Positions 27,712-38,195 of a DNA stretch of 64,000 nucleotides are shown here, one piece after another. A program made the translations under genes and the position numbers. This DNA is from an uncultured virus (IMG/VR IMGVR_UViG_3300008624_000520) (lineage: Duplodnaviria; Heunggongvirae; Uroviricota; Caudoviricetes): the IMG/VR virus record IMGVR_UViG_3300008624_000520, positions 1 to 64,000 of that record; one strand, given 5' to 3'. Position 1 is the first letter of the stretch. Every line of letters starts with the position of its first letter. The notes beneath the pieces are model-generated. The model was not told the origin of the DNA. It ran no database searches and saw only the letters and a program-made list of their open reading frames with translations.

Positions 27712-29507
27712 TAACCCTCACAAGCTAGACATTCACCATCAGCCACGTCTCTCATATCTAATTCCTGTATTATCTCTCTTTCTATTCGTTTAGAAACTTT
27801 ATCTGCCTTTCCTAACTTCTCTGAACGGCAATAATATAACGTTTTAATACCTGACTTCCATGCTAAAAAGTGAACAGCATGTAGATATGCTATATTTGCG
27901 TCAGGCCTGAAGAAAAGATTTAAAGATTGTGCTTGATCTATGTACTCTTGTCTATCTGCGCCATGTTCAATTAACCATCGTTGATCTATTTCCATAGATG
28001 TTTTAAATAAGCTCTTCTGTTCGTCAGATAATATTTTTAAGTGTTGTACAGAACCATCGTTGCTTATGATCGACGACCAAATATCGTCATAATTCGTTCT
28101 CGGATGTTTTTCACAATACTCTGTGATGATTGCATCCAGGTATTTATTTTTGTTGAGGTATGCACCCGATAAGGTATCTTGCCTGTAAGCATTAGCTCTA
28201 AACGGTTCAATAGATGGCGAAGTGTTCCCCATAATAATACTACTGGAAGCATTAGGAGCAATAGCCATAACATGGCTAAAACGAACCCCTCTTCCTTTAG
28301 CATCTGGAGCCTCTCCTCTTTCTTTCCCGAGCCTTTTGTTTGCTTCATCTAATTTTCCTCTAATGTATCTAAATATTCTCAAGTTGGCACCACGTGCTTG
28401 TGCACTTTCCCATGCAATACCATTCTTTTGAAGGTAGGCATGAAATCCTAAAGCTCCAACCCCTATGCTCCTTTCACGACTAGCAGAGTATTGTGCTCTT
28501 CTAACCTGTGAGGGTGCGTTATCTATAAAATATTGCAAGACATTATCTAACATCTCTGCAACATCGTCTAAAAATTTTGGATCTCGAACCCAGGCTGCGT
28601 AATGCTCTAGGTTCACAGACGATAAACAACATACTGCTGTCCTTTTTTCGTCTGTTGGTAAAATAATCTCTGAACAGAGATTACTCTGATTAATTCTTAA
28701 CCCTAATTCCTTTTGGAATTCAGGCATCTGTCTATTACTTGTATCTATAAAATGTAGGTATGGTTCCCCTGTTTCCATTCTAAGTTCTAGTATCCTTTGC
28801 CATAATCCTCTGGCTGATACTGTTTCTGTTACTGCTCCTGAATGTGGGTCTGTCAAATTCCAGCCATCATCAGCATCATCATCTACCATACACCGTTCTA
28901 TTATTTCCATAAAACGATCAGTTATATTAATTCCATGATGAAGGTTAAGACATCTCATATTAGGATCGCCTGTTGCCTTTCTCATTTCTAAAAACATTAA
29001 CACATCTGGATGGGAGATATCTAGGTATGTAGCATACGAGCCTCTTCTTGTTTTGCCCTGTCTATATGCTAAACAGGACGCATCGTATGTTTTTAGGTGG
29101 GACATAACTCCTGTTGATTTATCATCAGAACTCCTTATGCCAAATCCTATACCTACACCTCCACCTAACATTGACAACCAATTAGTCTCAGACAGGTTTT
29201 TTACTAATCCTTCTGCTGTGTCATCAATATAATTTAAGAAGCATGATATAGGCATACCACGATTAGAGCGTCCATAGGAAAGAATAGGAGTGCTGTATGA
29301 GAGCCAATGCTTACTGGCGTATTCATATAGTCTTTGTGCATGTTCTGGATTGCTAGCAAACTGTGAACTTACATAAGCAAAACGTTCTTGAGGAGAGGTT
29401 TCCTCGTCCTTCATGTAACTTTCTCTTAATCTTTGTAATCCTAACTCATCAAATAGAGTATCACGATCCCTGTCAATTTGTATGCCTAAATAATCTTCCC
29501 TTGCCAC
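27711..29507 (-). CDS. nrdA: Ribonucleotide reductase class Ia alpha subunit (no ATP cone)
   Basis: PISCF, QSNLCSEI, AVCCLSS, IAPNASSS, KTLYY and C-terminal CLACEG. Confidence 0.95.
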   Translation of the reverse strand: MAREDYLGIQIDRDRDTLFDELGLQRLRESYMKDEETSPQERFAYVSSQFASNPEHAQRLYEYASKHWLSYSTPILSYGRSNRGMPISCFLNYIDDTAEGLVKNLSETNWLSMLGGGVGIGFGIRSSDDKSTGVMSHLKTYDASCLAYRQGKTRRGSYATYLDISHPDVLMFLEMRKATGDPNMRCLNLHHGINITDRFMEIIERCMVDDDADDGWNLTDPHSGAVTETVSARGLWQRILELRMETGEPYLHFIDTSNRQMPEFQKELGLRINQSNLCSEIILPTDEKRTAVCCLSSVNLEHYAAWVRDPKFLDDVAEMLDNVLQYFIDNAPSQVRRAQYSASRERSIGVGALGFHAYLQKNGIAWESAQARGANLRIFRYIRGKLDEANKRLGKERGEAPDAKGRGVRFSHVMAIAPNASSSIIMGNTSPSIEPFRANAYRQDTLSGAYLNKNKYLDAIITEYCEKHPRTNYDDIWSSIISNDGSVQHLKILSDEQKSLFKTSMEIDQRWLIEHGADRQEYIDQAQSLNLFFRPDANIAYLHAVHFLAWKSGIKTLYYCRSEKLGKADKVSKRIEREIIQELDMRDVADGECLACEG

Positions 29508-30004
29508 TCTTTTATTCCTTGTACTACTTCTTCAAATGTTTTGTCTTTAAATGATATCCTGGCCATTACTCTTTGTTTGTCAGGATTCACCCTATGTAAT
29601 ATACTTGTATTCAACACCGCTGCTTCATAAGTAAATTTTCCTTCTTCATACTCTACTGCTGTAAATTGTCCTTCTAAAATAATGTTTATTGCACACTTTA
29701 CACCTTTACGATTATATTGACTTTTTGTTATTTCATTATCAACATGCCAAGGATAATCAGATTCTATCCACATATATGCAGTCGTAAACTCACCCCAATC
29801 TGTTGGGTAGTGTTCTAAAAAACTCTCTCTAAACTTTGCCAATTCAGGAGTAAAATCATTATATGGTAATGCAGTTATTACTCCATAATCCTTGCCTTTA
29901 TATGTGTAAGGAATTTTATATGCTTTGTCTTTTACGTTGATTGCTTCAGTTCTAAGCTTTTCAGAGTCCCAAAAGGACTTCAGTAAAGGATAGACTGGGG
30001 TCAT
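29486..30004 (-). CDS. Putative 2OG-Fe(II)/cupin-fold oxygenase
   Basis: WHVD...AINI...LH.V....R pattern. Confidence 0.5.
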   Translation of the reverse strand: MTPVYPLLKSFWDSEKLRTEAINVKDKAYKIPYTYKGKDYGVITALPYNDFTPELAKFRESFLEHYPTDWGEFTTAYMWIESDYPWHVDNEITKSQYNRKGVKCAINIILEGQFTAVEYEEGKFTYEAAVLNTSILHRVNPDKQRVMARISFKDKTFEEVVQGIKEWQGKII

Positions 30005-30240
30005 TTCAACTTCAACTTGTTCTTCAGCTCTGCGTTCTCTGCGTTTAACTCATTAATGCGTTTATATGCGCTAGTGAGTTGGCCTTGCATAGTATTTACT
30101 TCACCTTTAAGTAGGGTAATCATGCCATTTAGGGCTTCATCTATTTGTACTAACTTTCGTCTGTACACTTCAGCTTGTCCACCCAGGGAGATAGCATCTT
30201 CTTCAGATGTCATTGGTTTAACCATTAACACTTCCTCCAA
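30001..30240 (-). CDS. Small coiled-coil protein
   Basis: Heptad pattern; operon position. Confidence 0.55.
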   Translation of the reverse strand: MEEVLMVKPMTSEEDAISLGGQAEVYRRKLVQIDEALNGMITLLKGEVNTMQGQLTSAYKRINELNAENAELKNKLKLK

Positions 30241-31241
30241 CTAATAAATTTAAGTTCAGCTTCCAGATTTTGGAACACATTATTACTTATAATATCTTCC
30301 ATATTGACTGTCTGAACACCAGCCAACACCATTTCATTTATATCTTTTTCCAGAATGTTGTCAGGCCATATTACGACCCTTTTACCAGACTTAATATATC
30401 TGTCAACGATGTTACAGACTTCTTTATTCTTAGGCTGATTATCTACGATAATAATACTATCCTCTGGAAGATTTAATGTTTCTATTTTATTAAACGAAGT
30501 GCCTGCGCATGCTATACAATTATCTAAAAACAAACTGTCTAAAGGTCCTTCAACAATTTTTACAGGCTTACTTTTACTTATACAATCTAATCCAAAAACT
30601 GTTGGACTATCTTCATTTATTTTAACCAATATGTACCTTAATGGTGAGTTACCATATGATCTTAATGTGACTGCTGTTAGGATACCTTCTTCATTAAAGA
30701 ATGGTATTGCCAACCTAGATTCGTCTGACTTTATCCTGTCTTTATATTTAGGATTTAACTGACATATATCTTTAATGTTCTCTATGTGATATAACCTGTG
30801 CCATTGATCTTTAGGTATCTGTCTTTGGGTACAATACTCTACTGCCATATGACTAGCATCTAACGTATCAACTCTATCCATAAGTTTGTCAATCAATCTA
30901 TCAGGAGCACCAAATTCTGGTGTCTTAAATTCAAACTCAGGTTCTTTATTGGCGCGAGGAGCTGCTACACCCTCTGAATATCTTTCCAGAATGTACTGTT
31001 TATGTAATAATGGATCTGTTATTTTTAATAACCCACCAAAGGTCTTACCGGCGTCACAATTATGACACTTGTAGAACATGTCGTTCTTTTTACGGTAAAT
31101 ATATCCTCGCGCCTTGTTCTTTTTCTTTGAACTGTCGCCACAGATAGGGCAACGGAAGTTAAATAGGTAATCGTCCTTACGTTTGAATCTATCAAACCGG
31201 TGTGAGATCATCATTATATATTTCAAGTCTAAGTGTAGCAT
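30225..31241 (-). CDS. gp61: DNA primase (T4 gp61)
   Basis: Zinc finger RCPICGDS...CHNC; TOPRIM VEGPLDSLF; KDINEM. Confidence 0.95.
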   Translation of the reverse strand: MLHLDLKYIMMISHRFDRFKRKDDYLFNFRCPICGDSSKKKNKARGYIYRKKNDMFYKCHNCDAGKTFGGLLKITDPLLHKQYILERYSEGVAAPRANKEPEFEFKTPEFGAPDRLIDKLMDRVDTLDASHMAVEYCTQRQIPKDQWHRLYHIENIKDICQLNPKYKDRIKSDESRLAIPFFNEEGILTAVTLRSYGNSPLRYILVKINEDSPTVFGLDCISKSKPVKIVEGPLDSLFLDNCIACAGTSFNKIETLNLPEDSIIIVDNQPKNKEVCNIVDRYIKSGKRVVIWPDNILEKDINEMVLAGVQTVNMEDIISNNVFQNLEAELKFISWRKC

Positions 31242-31250
31242 ATAGTCATA

Positions 31251-31279
31251 ATTATAGTAGATCCCGAACCTGGAATCAA
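31251..31279 (-). promoter_or_regulatory. Sigma70-type promoter TTGATT-17-TATAAT for primase
   Basis: GGTTCG box in the spacer. Confidence 0.75.
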
Positions 31280-31308
31280 ATAGAATTATACCGTTTTGGT
31301 GTTCTTTA

Positions 31309-31767
31309 CTACTGTGCTAATAAAGACACAATCTTACCCATATTGGGGAAGAGTGCAGATCCAGCGATCAAGGCTCCTAATAAGACCCATTTCCACTTCT
31401 CAAGTTGATCTATACGTTTTTCCAGATGTGCTTGTTCTTTATCTATATGTGTGCGAAGTTTTTCAATAGCTAATAATATCTTTTCGTTATGGTCTTTTAA
31501 TGAGTCGGCTGTTTCCCTGGATGCGGTTGTAATTCTAGAGTGTAACTCTTTCACTACTGCGTCTGATTCTTTTCTTCTTTCCATTCGATCTCTTTCCGAT
31601 GTGTCAAGGCGTTCTTCATGCACTGCAATAGTTGCTGCTATCACCGAACTTGCCTCTCCAATTTTATCCAAAGTATTATCTAATTTACCAAGCATATGGC
31701 CTAATGAGGCGATGTCTGCTTTGATAGTAGCTATTTCTCTGTCAGTTTTACTTGCTGCTGCTGGCAT
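31309..31767 (-). CDS. Coiled-coil protein with a C-terminal TM segment
   Basis: IAVHEERL, LHSRIT, LEKWKW followed by a hydrophobic tail. Confidence 0.7.
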   Translation of the reverse strand: MPAAASKTDREIATIKADIASLGHMLGKLDNTLDKIGEASSVIAATIAVHEERLDTSERDRMERRKESDAVVKELHSRITTASRETADSLKDHNEKILLAIEKLRTHIDKEQAHLEKRIDQLEKWKWVLLGALIAGSALFPNMGKIVSLLAQ

Positions 31768-32323
31768 TTTTCTTTATCTTCTTATTTATTTTCGCTTTCC
31801 GTCTAAATAAACTAGGCATTCCGATACCTGGATATGGCCATTTTGCCAATGTTCTTACACCTGGCTCACCTCTAGGGCCTATTCCGATAGCGTCAATACC
31901 ACCATGTCCTACAGCATTAGCTGCTACTTCTTCTGTAAAATAATCTTTAAATGATATAAGATTATGCTCTAATAACTTTGCGTTCTGTTGAACGTGTTCA
32001 TCGTTCATATAAAGTTCTAACAATGTTGCTACATCTTCAAAAGTGTCTTGTTCTTCATACTCCCTCATCAGTGCTAACGCTGAGGCAAAAGATAATAATC
32101 TTTTACCCTGATAGTTAGCTGAATGATTAAGAGCATGTTGTACTTTATATACGAATTTCTGAAGCATTGAATACATGTTTAACTCTTGTGTTCCTGATGG
32201 TTCACGAAGTTTCTTTCCTGTCTTATCTACAATGCCTGCTTTAAACGCTTCCGACTTTTCAATCGGTGTGGCCATCATCTTTAAGATTCTTAATGCTACT
32301 ATTGCGTCTAATGCTCTGGACAT
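31748..32323 (-). CDS. Conserved T4-like hypothetical, probably head-associated protein
   Basis: AFKAGIVD..G and SFKDYFTEE motif. Confidence 0.65.
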   Translation of the reverse strand: MSRALDAIVALRILKMMATPIEKSEAFKAGIVDKTGKKLREPSGTQELNMYSMLQKFVYKVQHALNHSANYQGKRLLSFASALALMREYEEQDTFEDVATLLELYMNDEHVQQNAKLLEHNLISFKDYFTEEVAANAVGHGGIDAIGIGPRGEPGVRTLAKWPYPGIGMPSLFRRKAKINKKIKKNASSSK

Positions 32324-32710
32324 TTATATTTTCCTTAAAACTTCTATTAACTCATCATTCAATGGAACATCTGTTTCTATATTCTTTGGTAGGTTAGCGG
32401 AATAAACTACTTCCTCTGGAATCCTATCTAAAAATACTAAAAACGTTTTCAAATTACTCCAATATTTTTCCTCTAGTTTGAAAAACAACATTTCTGTCGT
32501 TGCATTTCCAAACACATTATATAAAAGAACGAGATGATTTATAATCAACCTTTCATTTGGATCGCCTGTCTTTTCATATCTGTTAAACAAGCGTTTCAAA
32601 TATTTAAATCGTTTTAAATCATCTTCTAATTCCGACATTCCCGTACATGACGGGTTGTCGTAATGTTTAATGGCAAAAATCAAAAAATTATCATTATTTA
32701 GTTCAGTCAT
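32324..32710 (-). CDS. Conserved T4-like hypothetical protein
   Basis: ELN.DNF..FAIKHYDNP.C...DLKRFKYLKRL. Confidence 0.75.
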   Translation of the reverse strand: MTELNNDNFLIFAIKHYDNPSCTGMSELEDDLKRFKYLKRLFNRYEKTGDPNERLIINHLVLLYNVFGNATTEMLFFKLEEKYWSNLKTFLVFLDRIPEEVVYSANLPKNIETDVPLNDELIEVLRKI

Positions 32711-32712
32711 TA

Positions 32713-33159
32713 TTAAGCCACGGTTGCTGTCCCTCCAATGAAGTACCATTTTGCTAACCCTGTATCATATAATAATGTGGCTGAGTGTCCAGCCTGGCTA
32801 AAAGATATACTATTAGCCGTATTTGAATTTGCTAAGGTTACTGTATGGCCACCGGCATTGGAAGACATTATAATAATTTTTATCTGTCCATCCGATCCAG
32901 CAGCTAGAGTACATTCTCCTGCTGCTGAAACATCATTGATCCATGTAACATTAGTGGTTAATTGTATAGCTGCTGCTGCAGTAATTGTATCGTGATCTCC
33001 TATTGAAATCTTATCATTAAATACTGCGGGAGTTGCTATGTTTCCAAATAATGCTGCATTTGTAAGTGATTTAGAGTCTGTACCCTGAACCAAATACAAT
33101 TTATCGGCAGCGGCTGCATTTGTTGCAGCCGTAAGATCTGATACTTTACTATCTGCCAT
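32713..33159 (-). CDS. Putative virion structural protein
   Basis: MADSKVSDLTAAT N-terminus; Ala/Thr-rich beta structure; RBS aggag. Confidence 0.6.
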   Translation of the reverse strand: MADSKVSDLTAATNAAAADKLYLVQGTDSKSLTNAALFGNIATPAVFNDKISIGDHDTITAAAAIQLTTNVTWINDVSAAGECTLAAGSDGQIKIIIMSSNAGGHTVTLANSNTANSISFSQAGHSATLLYDTGLAKWYFIGGTATVA

Positions 33160-33171
33160 TAGTAACTCCTA

Positions 33172-33756
33172 TTACGCTACGACTGTTATTGTACCAGCTG
33201 CTGTACCTATACTTGCTGCACTTGTGATAGTGGAAGCTGTGTTAGTTCCATTATCTTTAATTGTGCCTGAATTTAATGCAAGTGGATTGGCTCCAAAGCT
33301 TAATACGTCATTGGCGTTTGTAGCTGCGTTTGCTGCTGCAATAACAAGTGAGAACACTAATTCATTGGTACCTGTACCACTAGCGTATGATAATACATGT
33401 GGTCCACGGCCTGAACCAGAACCTTGGTTACCATTGGTAACTGATAGTTGTGGTGTTCCTGTTACTGCTACTTCTTCATTGAATCTTACTCTAGCTGAAA
33501 GCGTAAAGCCTGCTGACTTATCTGCTGCTGTTGTAATCCATTCAATTTCTGTTATATCTGCTGCTCCAAGATTAGTTGTTAGAGAAGACATGGCTACTAG
33601 AACTTCTGGATCAGCGCCTGTACGGCCATTTCCTGTCATAGTAGATCCTGCTTCAACTACCCAACCTTGAGTGCTAGCATATACTTCTTTTTTCTGAGCA
33701 GTTGTTAACCATTTAGGCTTACTTTCATCTGCGTCTGTTGCTCCCCAATTTGGCAT
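33172..33756 (-). CDS. Putative virion structural protein with an Ig-like domain
   Basis: VRFNEEVAVTGTPQL...YASGTGTNELVF. Confidence 0.65.
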   Translation of the reverse strand: MPNWGATDADESKPKWLTTAQKKEVYASTQGWVVEAGSTMTGNGRTGADPEVLVAMSSLTTNLGAADITEIEWITTAADKSAGFTLSARVRFNEEVAVTGTPQLSVTNGNQGSGSGRGPHVLSYASGTGTNELVFSLVIAAANAATNANDVLSFGANPLALNSGTIKDNGTNTASTITSAASIGTAAGTITVVA

Positions 33757-33766
33757 TTTTTTTCTC

Positions 33767-35725
33767 CTATTCTACGTGTTTTTTAAAATTGTCATGTGAT
33801 GCATGAGCGTGATCTTGCATCTTTAGTTTATCTGCCGGCTTGTGCTTCATATATCTATCTAAAAATTTATGTGCATGTGCCGAACTCACTTTATGAGTCT
33901 TTCCGTCTTTAAACTTGACTCCATCGTGCTTATCACCTAATGATACTGCCTTTCTCATTTGAGCGACAATATGTTCTGGGCCTTTATTCTCAGAACCATC
34001 ATGTTTACTTTTTCCAGGCTTTGGGTCCTTTTTAACAGGAGCCATTCCTCTACCCGAATCTTGTTTAATATCTCTTAAGGCATCCTGTTTGGCGCCTTCT
34101 TGGACATCGTTATATAATCTGTCTGTTTCCTTTTGAAGTTCTACATTAGGATCTATTACTAAAGGATCAGGACTTAATACGTCTCTAACTGTTTTGTGAA
34201 CATCTCTAATCGCCTGATTAGGTGTCTTAGGCAATGGATTTTCCTCTTCGCCATCTGTTTCTGTTTCTTCTCTTGTGTATGTAGTCTTTCCGCCGTATCC
34301 TGTAACTTTGCCGTCTTTGTTTTTAGAAACAAATCGTTGGCTAGATTTGACTTTAAGCCCCATACTCTTTTCCATAGACTTGACTGCTTTTGAAGCGTCT
34401 TTTAATTTAACTGCTCCACCAATTCCACCTTCTTCTAACTCGGATTCTTTTAGTTTAAGTTTTTTCTCTGCTCTTTCCAAATTCTTCGTATCTTTAGGCC
34501 ATTGAACATTGGCATTGCCAATTCTTTCTTGTTTAGCCTTCTTATAACTCTTTAAAGTCTTTGGTGAAAGTTCAGTCAAATCCTGTTCTTTAACTACCTT
34601 CTTTTTCTTAGCATAAGAAATAGTTTTCTTACTAGCTGCTTGTTTAGACAACCAGTTAGGATCTTTTCTCTTTGCTCTACCTTCACTGCTGTCATCAAAG
34701 TATCCATGACCTAAAGCATAATCTTTAAGTCTACCTTCTTCTAAAGGATGTTCTAATTCTTCGTTGGCATGTTTTAGATGTTTCTGAGCTTCCGGATGAT
34801 CTGATAGGCCTTTCTTAACCTTTTCCATTGCTTTGGCTGCTCCGGAATAATTACCACCTTTGTATCTCTTATCAAAAGCTATACCCTTTGCCATCTTAAG
34901 ATGTTTTTTGGTTATTGTTTCATCTAAATCGTTAAAAAATTCTTTTTTCTCTTCTTGAGGAATATCTCTGATGTTCTCGACGCCTTTATCTTCTAATGAC
35001 TTATTAAGGTGCTCTTTGTAAGCCGCGTTAAACGCTAAAATATCTTTGGTTATTTCAGACTCTCTTACACTTGACTTCTCTTTTTCTTTTCTCAGAGACT
35101 TAGGTAGGTCTGATAAATCACGTTTCCTACGTTTAAATTTCTTATCAATTAAACCTTCTCCAAGTTTTGGCCTCTTGTCTGTTCCTTTAGTCTCTTCTAC
35201 ATCAGGTTTGCCTGACTGTTTAGGACCATCGGTAATTTCTGGGACTACTGAACCGCCTTGTTTAGGTGACTCTTTATCTCCCTCATGTTTGTCTGCTGGG
35301 CGATTAGCGCCTCTTGCATGTTCTTCTTTCATGTCTTCTTCCTCTGCATTAGATTGGCCGAGTCCATTTGTGTCTTTAAGTTTTTTGCCAGAAGCTTTCT
35401 TTTTGACCTTCTTGTCTCTTTTAGCTTCTTGCTCATCTTTGTTGCCATCATATATGATGACATCTTCTTCACTTATCACGCCTGTTTCCTCGGTCTGATA
35501 TTTAGTCTTTTGAGTGTGTAACCTAGCTCTATTATATGTAATGTCGTCTCCAAATTGAAACCCCATCATTGAATCGAGCAACTGTCTCAAAGCTTGTCTT
35601 TCATAAGGTGTTAAAACCTTACCCATTTTAATACTCGCCAAAGCTCTGTGTAATATGGGTAACTGTCTAGCTGGCATCATGCCTTGCCTAATCAGTCTAT
35701 CTAGTCTTTGATTAATACTTTCCAC
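33767..35725 (-). CDS. Large charged late protein, probable internal-head polyprotein
   Basis: Late promoter at 35747; many L/I/V-x-E sites; ELSP.TL..Y motif shared with 40121..41212. Confidence 0.6.
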   Translation of the reverse strand: MESINQRLDRLIRQGMMPARQLPILHRALASIKMGKVLTPYERQALRQLLDSMMGFQFGDDITYNRARLHTQKTKYQTEETGVISEEDVIIYDGNKDEQEAKRDKKVKKKASGKKLKDTNGLGQSNAEEEDMKEEHARGANRPADKHEGDKESPKQGGSVVPEITDGPKQSGKPDVEETKGTDKRPKLGEGLIDKKFKRRKRDLSDLPKSLRKEKEKSSVRESEITKDILAFNAAYKEHLNKSLEDKGVENIRDIPQEEKKEFFNDLDETITKKHLKMAKGIAFDKRYKGGNYSGAAKAMEKVKKGLSDHPEAQKHLKHANEELEHPLEEGRLKDYALGHGYFDDSSEGRAKRKDPNWLSKQAASKKTISYAKKKKVVKEQDLTELSPKTLKSYKKAKQERIGNANVQWPKDTKNLERAEKKLKLKESELEEGGIGGAVKLKDASKAVKSMEKSMGLKVKSSQRFVSKNKDGKVTGYGGKTTYTREETETDGEEENPLPKTPNQAIRDVHKTVRDVLSPDPLVIDPNVELQKETDRLYNDVQEGAKQDALRDIKQDSGRGMAPVKKDPKPGKSKHDGSENKGPEHIVAQMRKAVSLGDKHDGVKFKDGKTHKVSSAHAHKFLDRYMKHKPADKLKMQDHAHASHDNFKKHVE

Positions 35726-35746
35726 TCATTTTCCTCTTATTACTTG

Positions 35747-35754
35747 TATTTATA
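35747..35754 (-). promoter_or_regulatory. T4 late promoter TATAAATA
   Basis: Exact consensus, intergenic. Confidence 0.75.
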
Positions 35755-35765
35755 CATTCCGGCCA

Positions 35766-37310
35766 CTAGATAGCCAATTTCTTTTGTTTATACGTTTCTA
35801 TAAAGTTCTTTGCATATTCACTTGGTATTGGTAACTCGCTTTGTAGTTTGGACATATCTTCCCATTTATATTGTGGATCTATTAACCAATTATGATAGCC
35901 AAATGGCAATGGTGGCTGATCAGTTCCCGTTGTGTACCACTCATGTTCCAAAAAGTTTATTACTTCATACAAATCTAGAGTATCTGATTTCCAGTTCATA
36001 AAAGATACTTCTTCCTGGAATGTGCTTTCTTCTGTTTTATATACAGTTTTATTAGGATTTTCTTCTCTTTTCTTAAGAGCTTCATACATTTTGCCATATC
36101 TTTTTTGAGGACCATCTTTCCATGTTCTATTGCCTATAATAGTTTCTGTAAATCCGTATTTTGCTGGGTCTTTTGAAAATCTGCTTTGTTCATCGTATGG
36201 TCTTGGGTCACTAGGTATCCACAAAGGATTGATTAAAGCAGTTTGGCCTTGCCAATTATTTTCTAACCATCTTTTTGTTTCCCTTAGAGTATCTAAAGTT
36301 TCATATGGTAAACCAGCAATTAAATTTATATGTCCCTGAAAAAATCCTTGCTGCTTAGCCCAATGTTTGTAATTTAAAAGACCATCTTGTAGTTTAACAG
36401 TTTCCATGCCCTTTCCTACCGACTTTCCTGAAGGTCTATGGAAAGATTCAATGCCATAGAATTGAGAATTTAATCCTAAATCATGTATCATTTGCCAGTC
36501 ATCTGGTTTAGAAACTAATAAATCTCCTCGAATATAACCTGCCATATTAGGTTTAAAGGGTAGTTTTTTAATTTGATTAGCATATCTGTATAGCTTTTCT
36601 GTGTAATCGTTTACTGTTTCGTCTGCTATTGAGTAGTTAGTTACACCCCATTTTTCATAATTTGTAAGTAATTCATTATATAAATTGTCCTCTGCTCTGC
36701 TGTGATCTTCTTTAATTCCTCTATGGGTTAGTGTACAGAAGTGGCAATTAAATATACAACCACGGCCAAACTCTACTGTAAGGACCTCCTGTGGCTGGAT
36801 ATGATCCCTATCTTCGTAATAAGTAGATAAGTCTTTTAATTGTGCTGCAGGATAATCATGTGTTGCATCTATACGACGGTAAGGATGTCCATTAAGCCAC
36901 ATGTGATCTGAATACTTTGGATTGCCTTTAAGAATAGCAGTTATGGCCAATTCTCCGTAACCGTGTACCACATAATCAATTGGTAATCCTTCTACATTAT
37001 ATAATGATTGAGAGCCTGCTACGATTAAAACGTCAGGATATTCTTTTTTAAACCAGGGTACAAATTTATATAGATGTTTAAATCTAATTGAGAATGTAGC
37101 GCTTAGGCCTAAGAATTTTGTTTTGTTTGTTACTCGTTGGCGGGAGAACTCTTTTAACTCATCTAGAGTCCAAGAGTTTACAAAGTCTAGAACTTCTATA
37201 TCCCAACCTTCTCGTCTTAAGTGTGTTGCTATTTTGTGAGCTCCTGGAGCTCTTTTGATTGAATCATAATAATAGTCAACCACACCACCCATAATAATAC
37301 CGTGGTTCAT
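35766..37310 (-). CDS. Cobalamin (B12)-binding radical SAM protein, paralog of 11697..13322
   Basis: EFGRGCIFNCHFC, DETVND, GIES and LIAGLPYET. Confidence 0.85.
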   Translation of the reverse strand: MNHGIIMGGVVDYYYDSIKRAPGAHKIATHLRREGWDIEVLDFVNSWTLDELKEFSRQRVTNKTKFLGLSATFSIRFKHLYKFVPWFKKEYPDVLIVAGSQSLYNVEGLPIDYVVHGYGELAITAILKGNPKYSDHMWLNGHPYRRIDATHDYPAAQLKDLSTYYEDRDHIQPQEVLTVEFGRGCIFNCHFCTLTHRGIKEDHSRAEDNLYNELLTNYEKWGVTNYSIADETVNDYTEKLYRYANQIKKLPFKPNMAGYIRGDLLVSKPDDWQMIHDLGLNSQFYGIESFHRPSGKSVGKGMETVKLQDGLLNYKHWAKQQGFFQGHINLIAGLPYETLDTLRETKRWLENNWQGQTALINPLWIPSDPRPYDEQSRFSKDPAKYGFTETIIGNRTWKDGPQKRYGKMYEALKKREENPNKTVYKTEESTFQEEVSFMNWKSDTLDLYEVINFLEHEWYTTGTDQPPLPFGYHNWLIDPQYKWEDMSKLQSELPIPSEYAKNFIETYKQKKLAI

Positions 37311-37321
37311 ATTGTTATTTA

Positions 37322-38191
37322 TTACACTTTTAGAAAACTATATATCATGTCGGCATAATCGTCATGTGAGTTCTGGCCAGGGTGGGCATTGTCCATAGGG
37401 GCTCTGTCATGCCATTCCCATCTAGGTAATGATACATCAGGATAATCTTTCAGGAGGCCAAATGATACATCTCTTGCATAACCACCCATTGCCAATTTTA
37501 TTTTCTTTTGTCTAGCTATTCTTGCTATGTTATCTACATGTTTCCATAAAAATAATTGTAATGGCACTCCTTCCTTACCTGCTTTAATTTCATCATTTAG
37601 TTCGTCGTATTGTTTCTCATCAAAATTACAAAGTAACTGAACCCACTCCTTACTGTGCGGAACGATATTTGTTAGTGCTCCTAATACCTTAAACTGCTGA
37701 TCTCTAAAAGATAATAATTTAATCTCAGGGAATGAAACTATTGCTATATCAATATCCATTAAATGAGTTACTAATTGGAATTTCTTGTGTACGACTAACA
37801 TGTTGGCTCCTGCCGAACCAAAATTATATACACCGTAATTAGGAGGTAGTTTTTCTTGTAGTCTCTTAGGAAAACTATACTCTACACCCGCTCCCATAAC
37901 ATCACTAGAGCCAAAGCATCCTACCTTAATCTTTCTTTCTAAAGGAAAATCATCTCTATGATTGTATTTGTTAATTTGATAATTCCAAGGATAATCTTCC
38001 CAACCGTATAATGTAGATGTTTCTACAGGGCCTTTAAAATCTTTTAATATACCATAGGGTGCTAGATCATCTAATGTTTTAAAGTCTTTGAAATTTTTTG
38101 CTATAAATTGTTCACTAGCGTAGTTGTTTTTCAGCGAGTCTTGAGATAAAACCTTCTTCAACCATCCTGAATAAGTCACTTTGTCTGCCAT
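37322..38191 (-). CDS. SGNH/GDSL-like hydrolase
   Basis: FGSSDVMG, YNFGSAGA and C-terminal DNAHPG. Confidence 0.6.
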   Translation of the reverse strand: MADKVTYSGWLKKVLSQDSLKNNYASEQFIAKNFKDFKTLDDLAPYGILKDFKGPVETSTLYGWEDYPWNYQINKYNHRDDFPLERKIKVGCFGSSDVMGAGVEYSFPKRLQEKLPPNYGVYNFGSAGANMLVVHKKFQLVTHLMDIDIAIVSFPEIKLLSFRDQQFKVLGALTNIVPHSKEWVQLLCNFDEKQYDELNDEIKAGKEGVPLQLFLWKHVDNIARIARQKKIKLAMGGYARDVSFGLLKDYPDVSLPRWEWHDRAPMDNAHPGQNSHDDYADMIYSFLKV

Positions 38192-38195
38192 GATA

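Noticed and set aside
33224..35521. Long plus-strand ORFs antisense to minus-strand genes (e.g. 33224, 35046; also 42698, 50461)
   Set aside because: Shadow ORFs from codon bias, with no RBS or family motifs.
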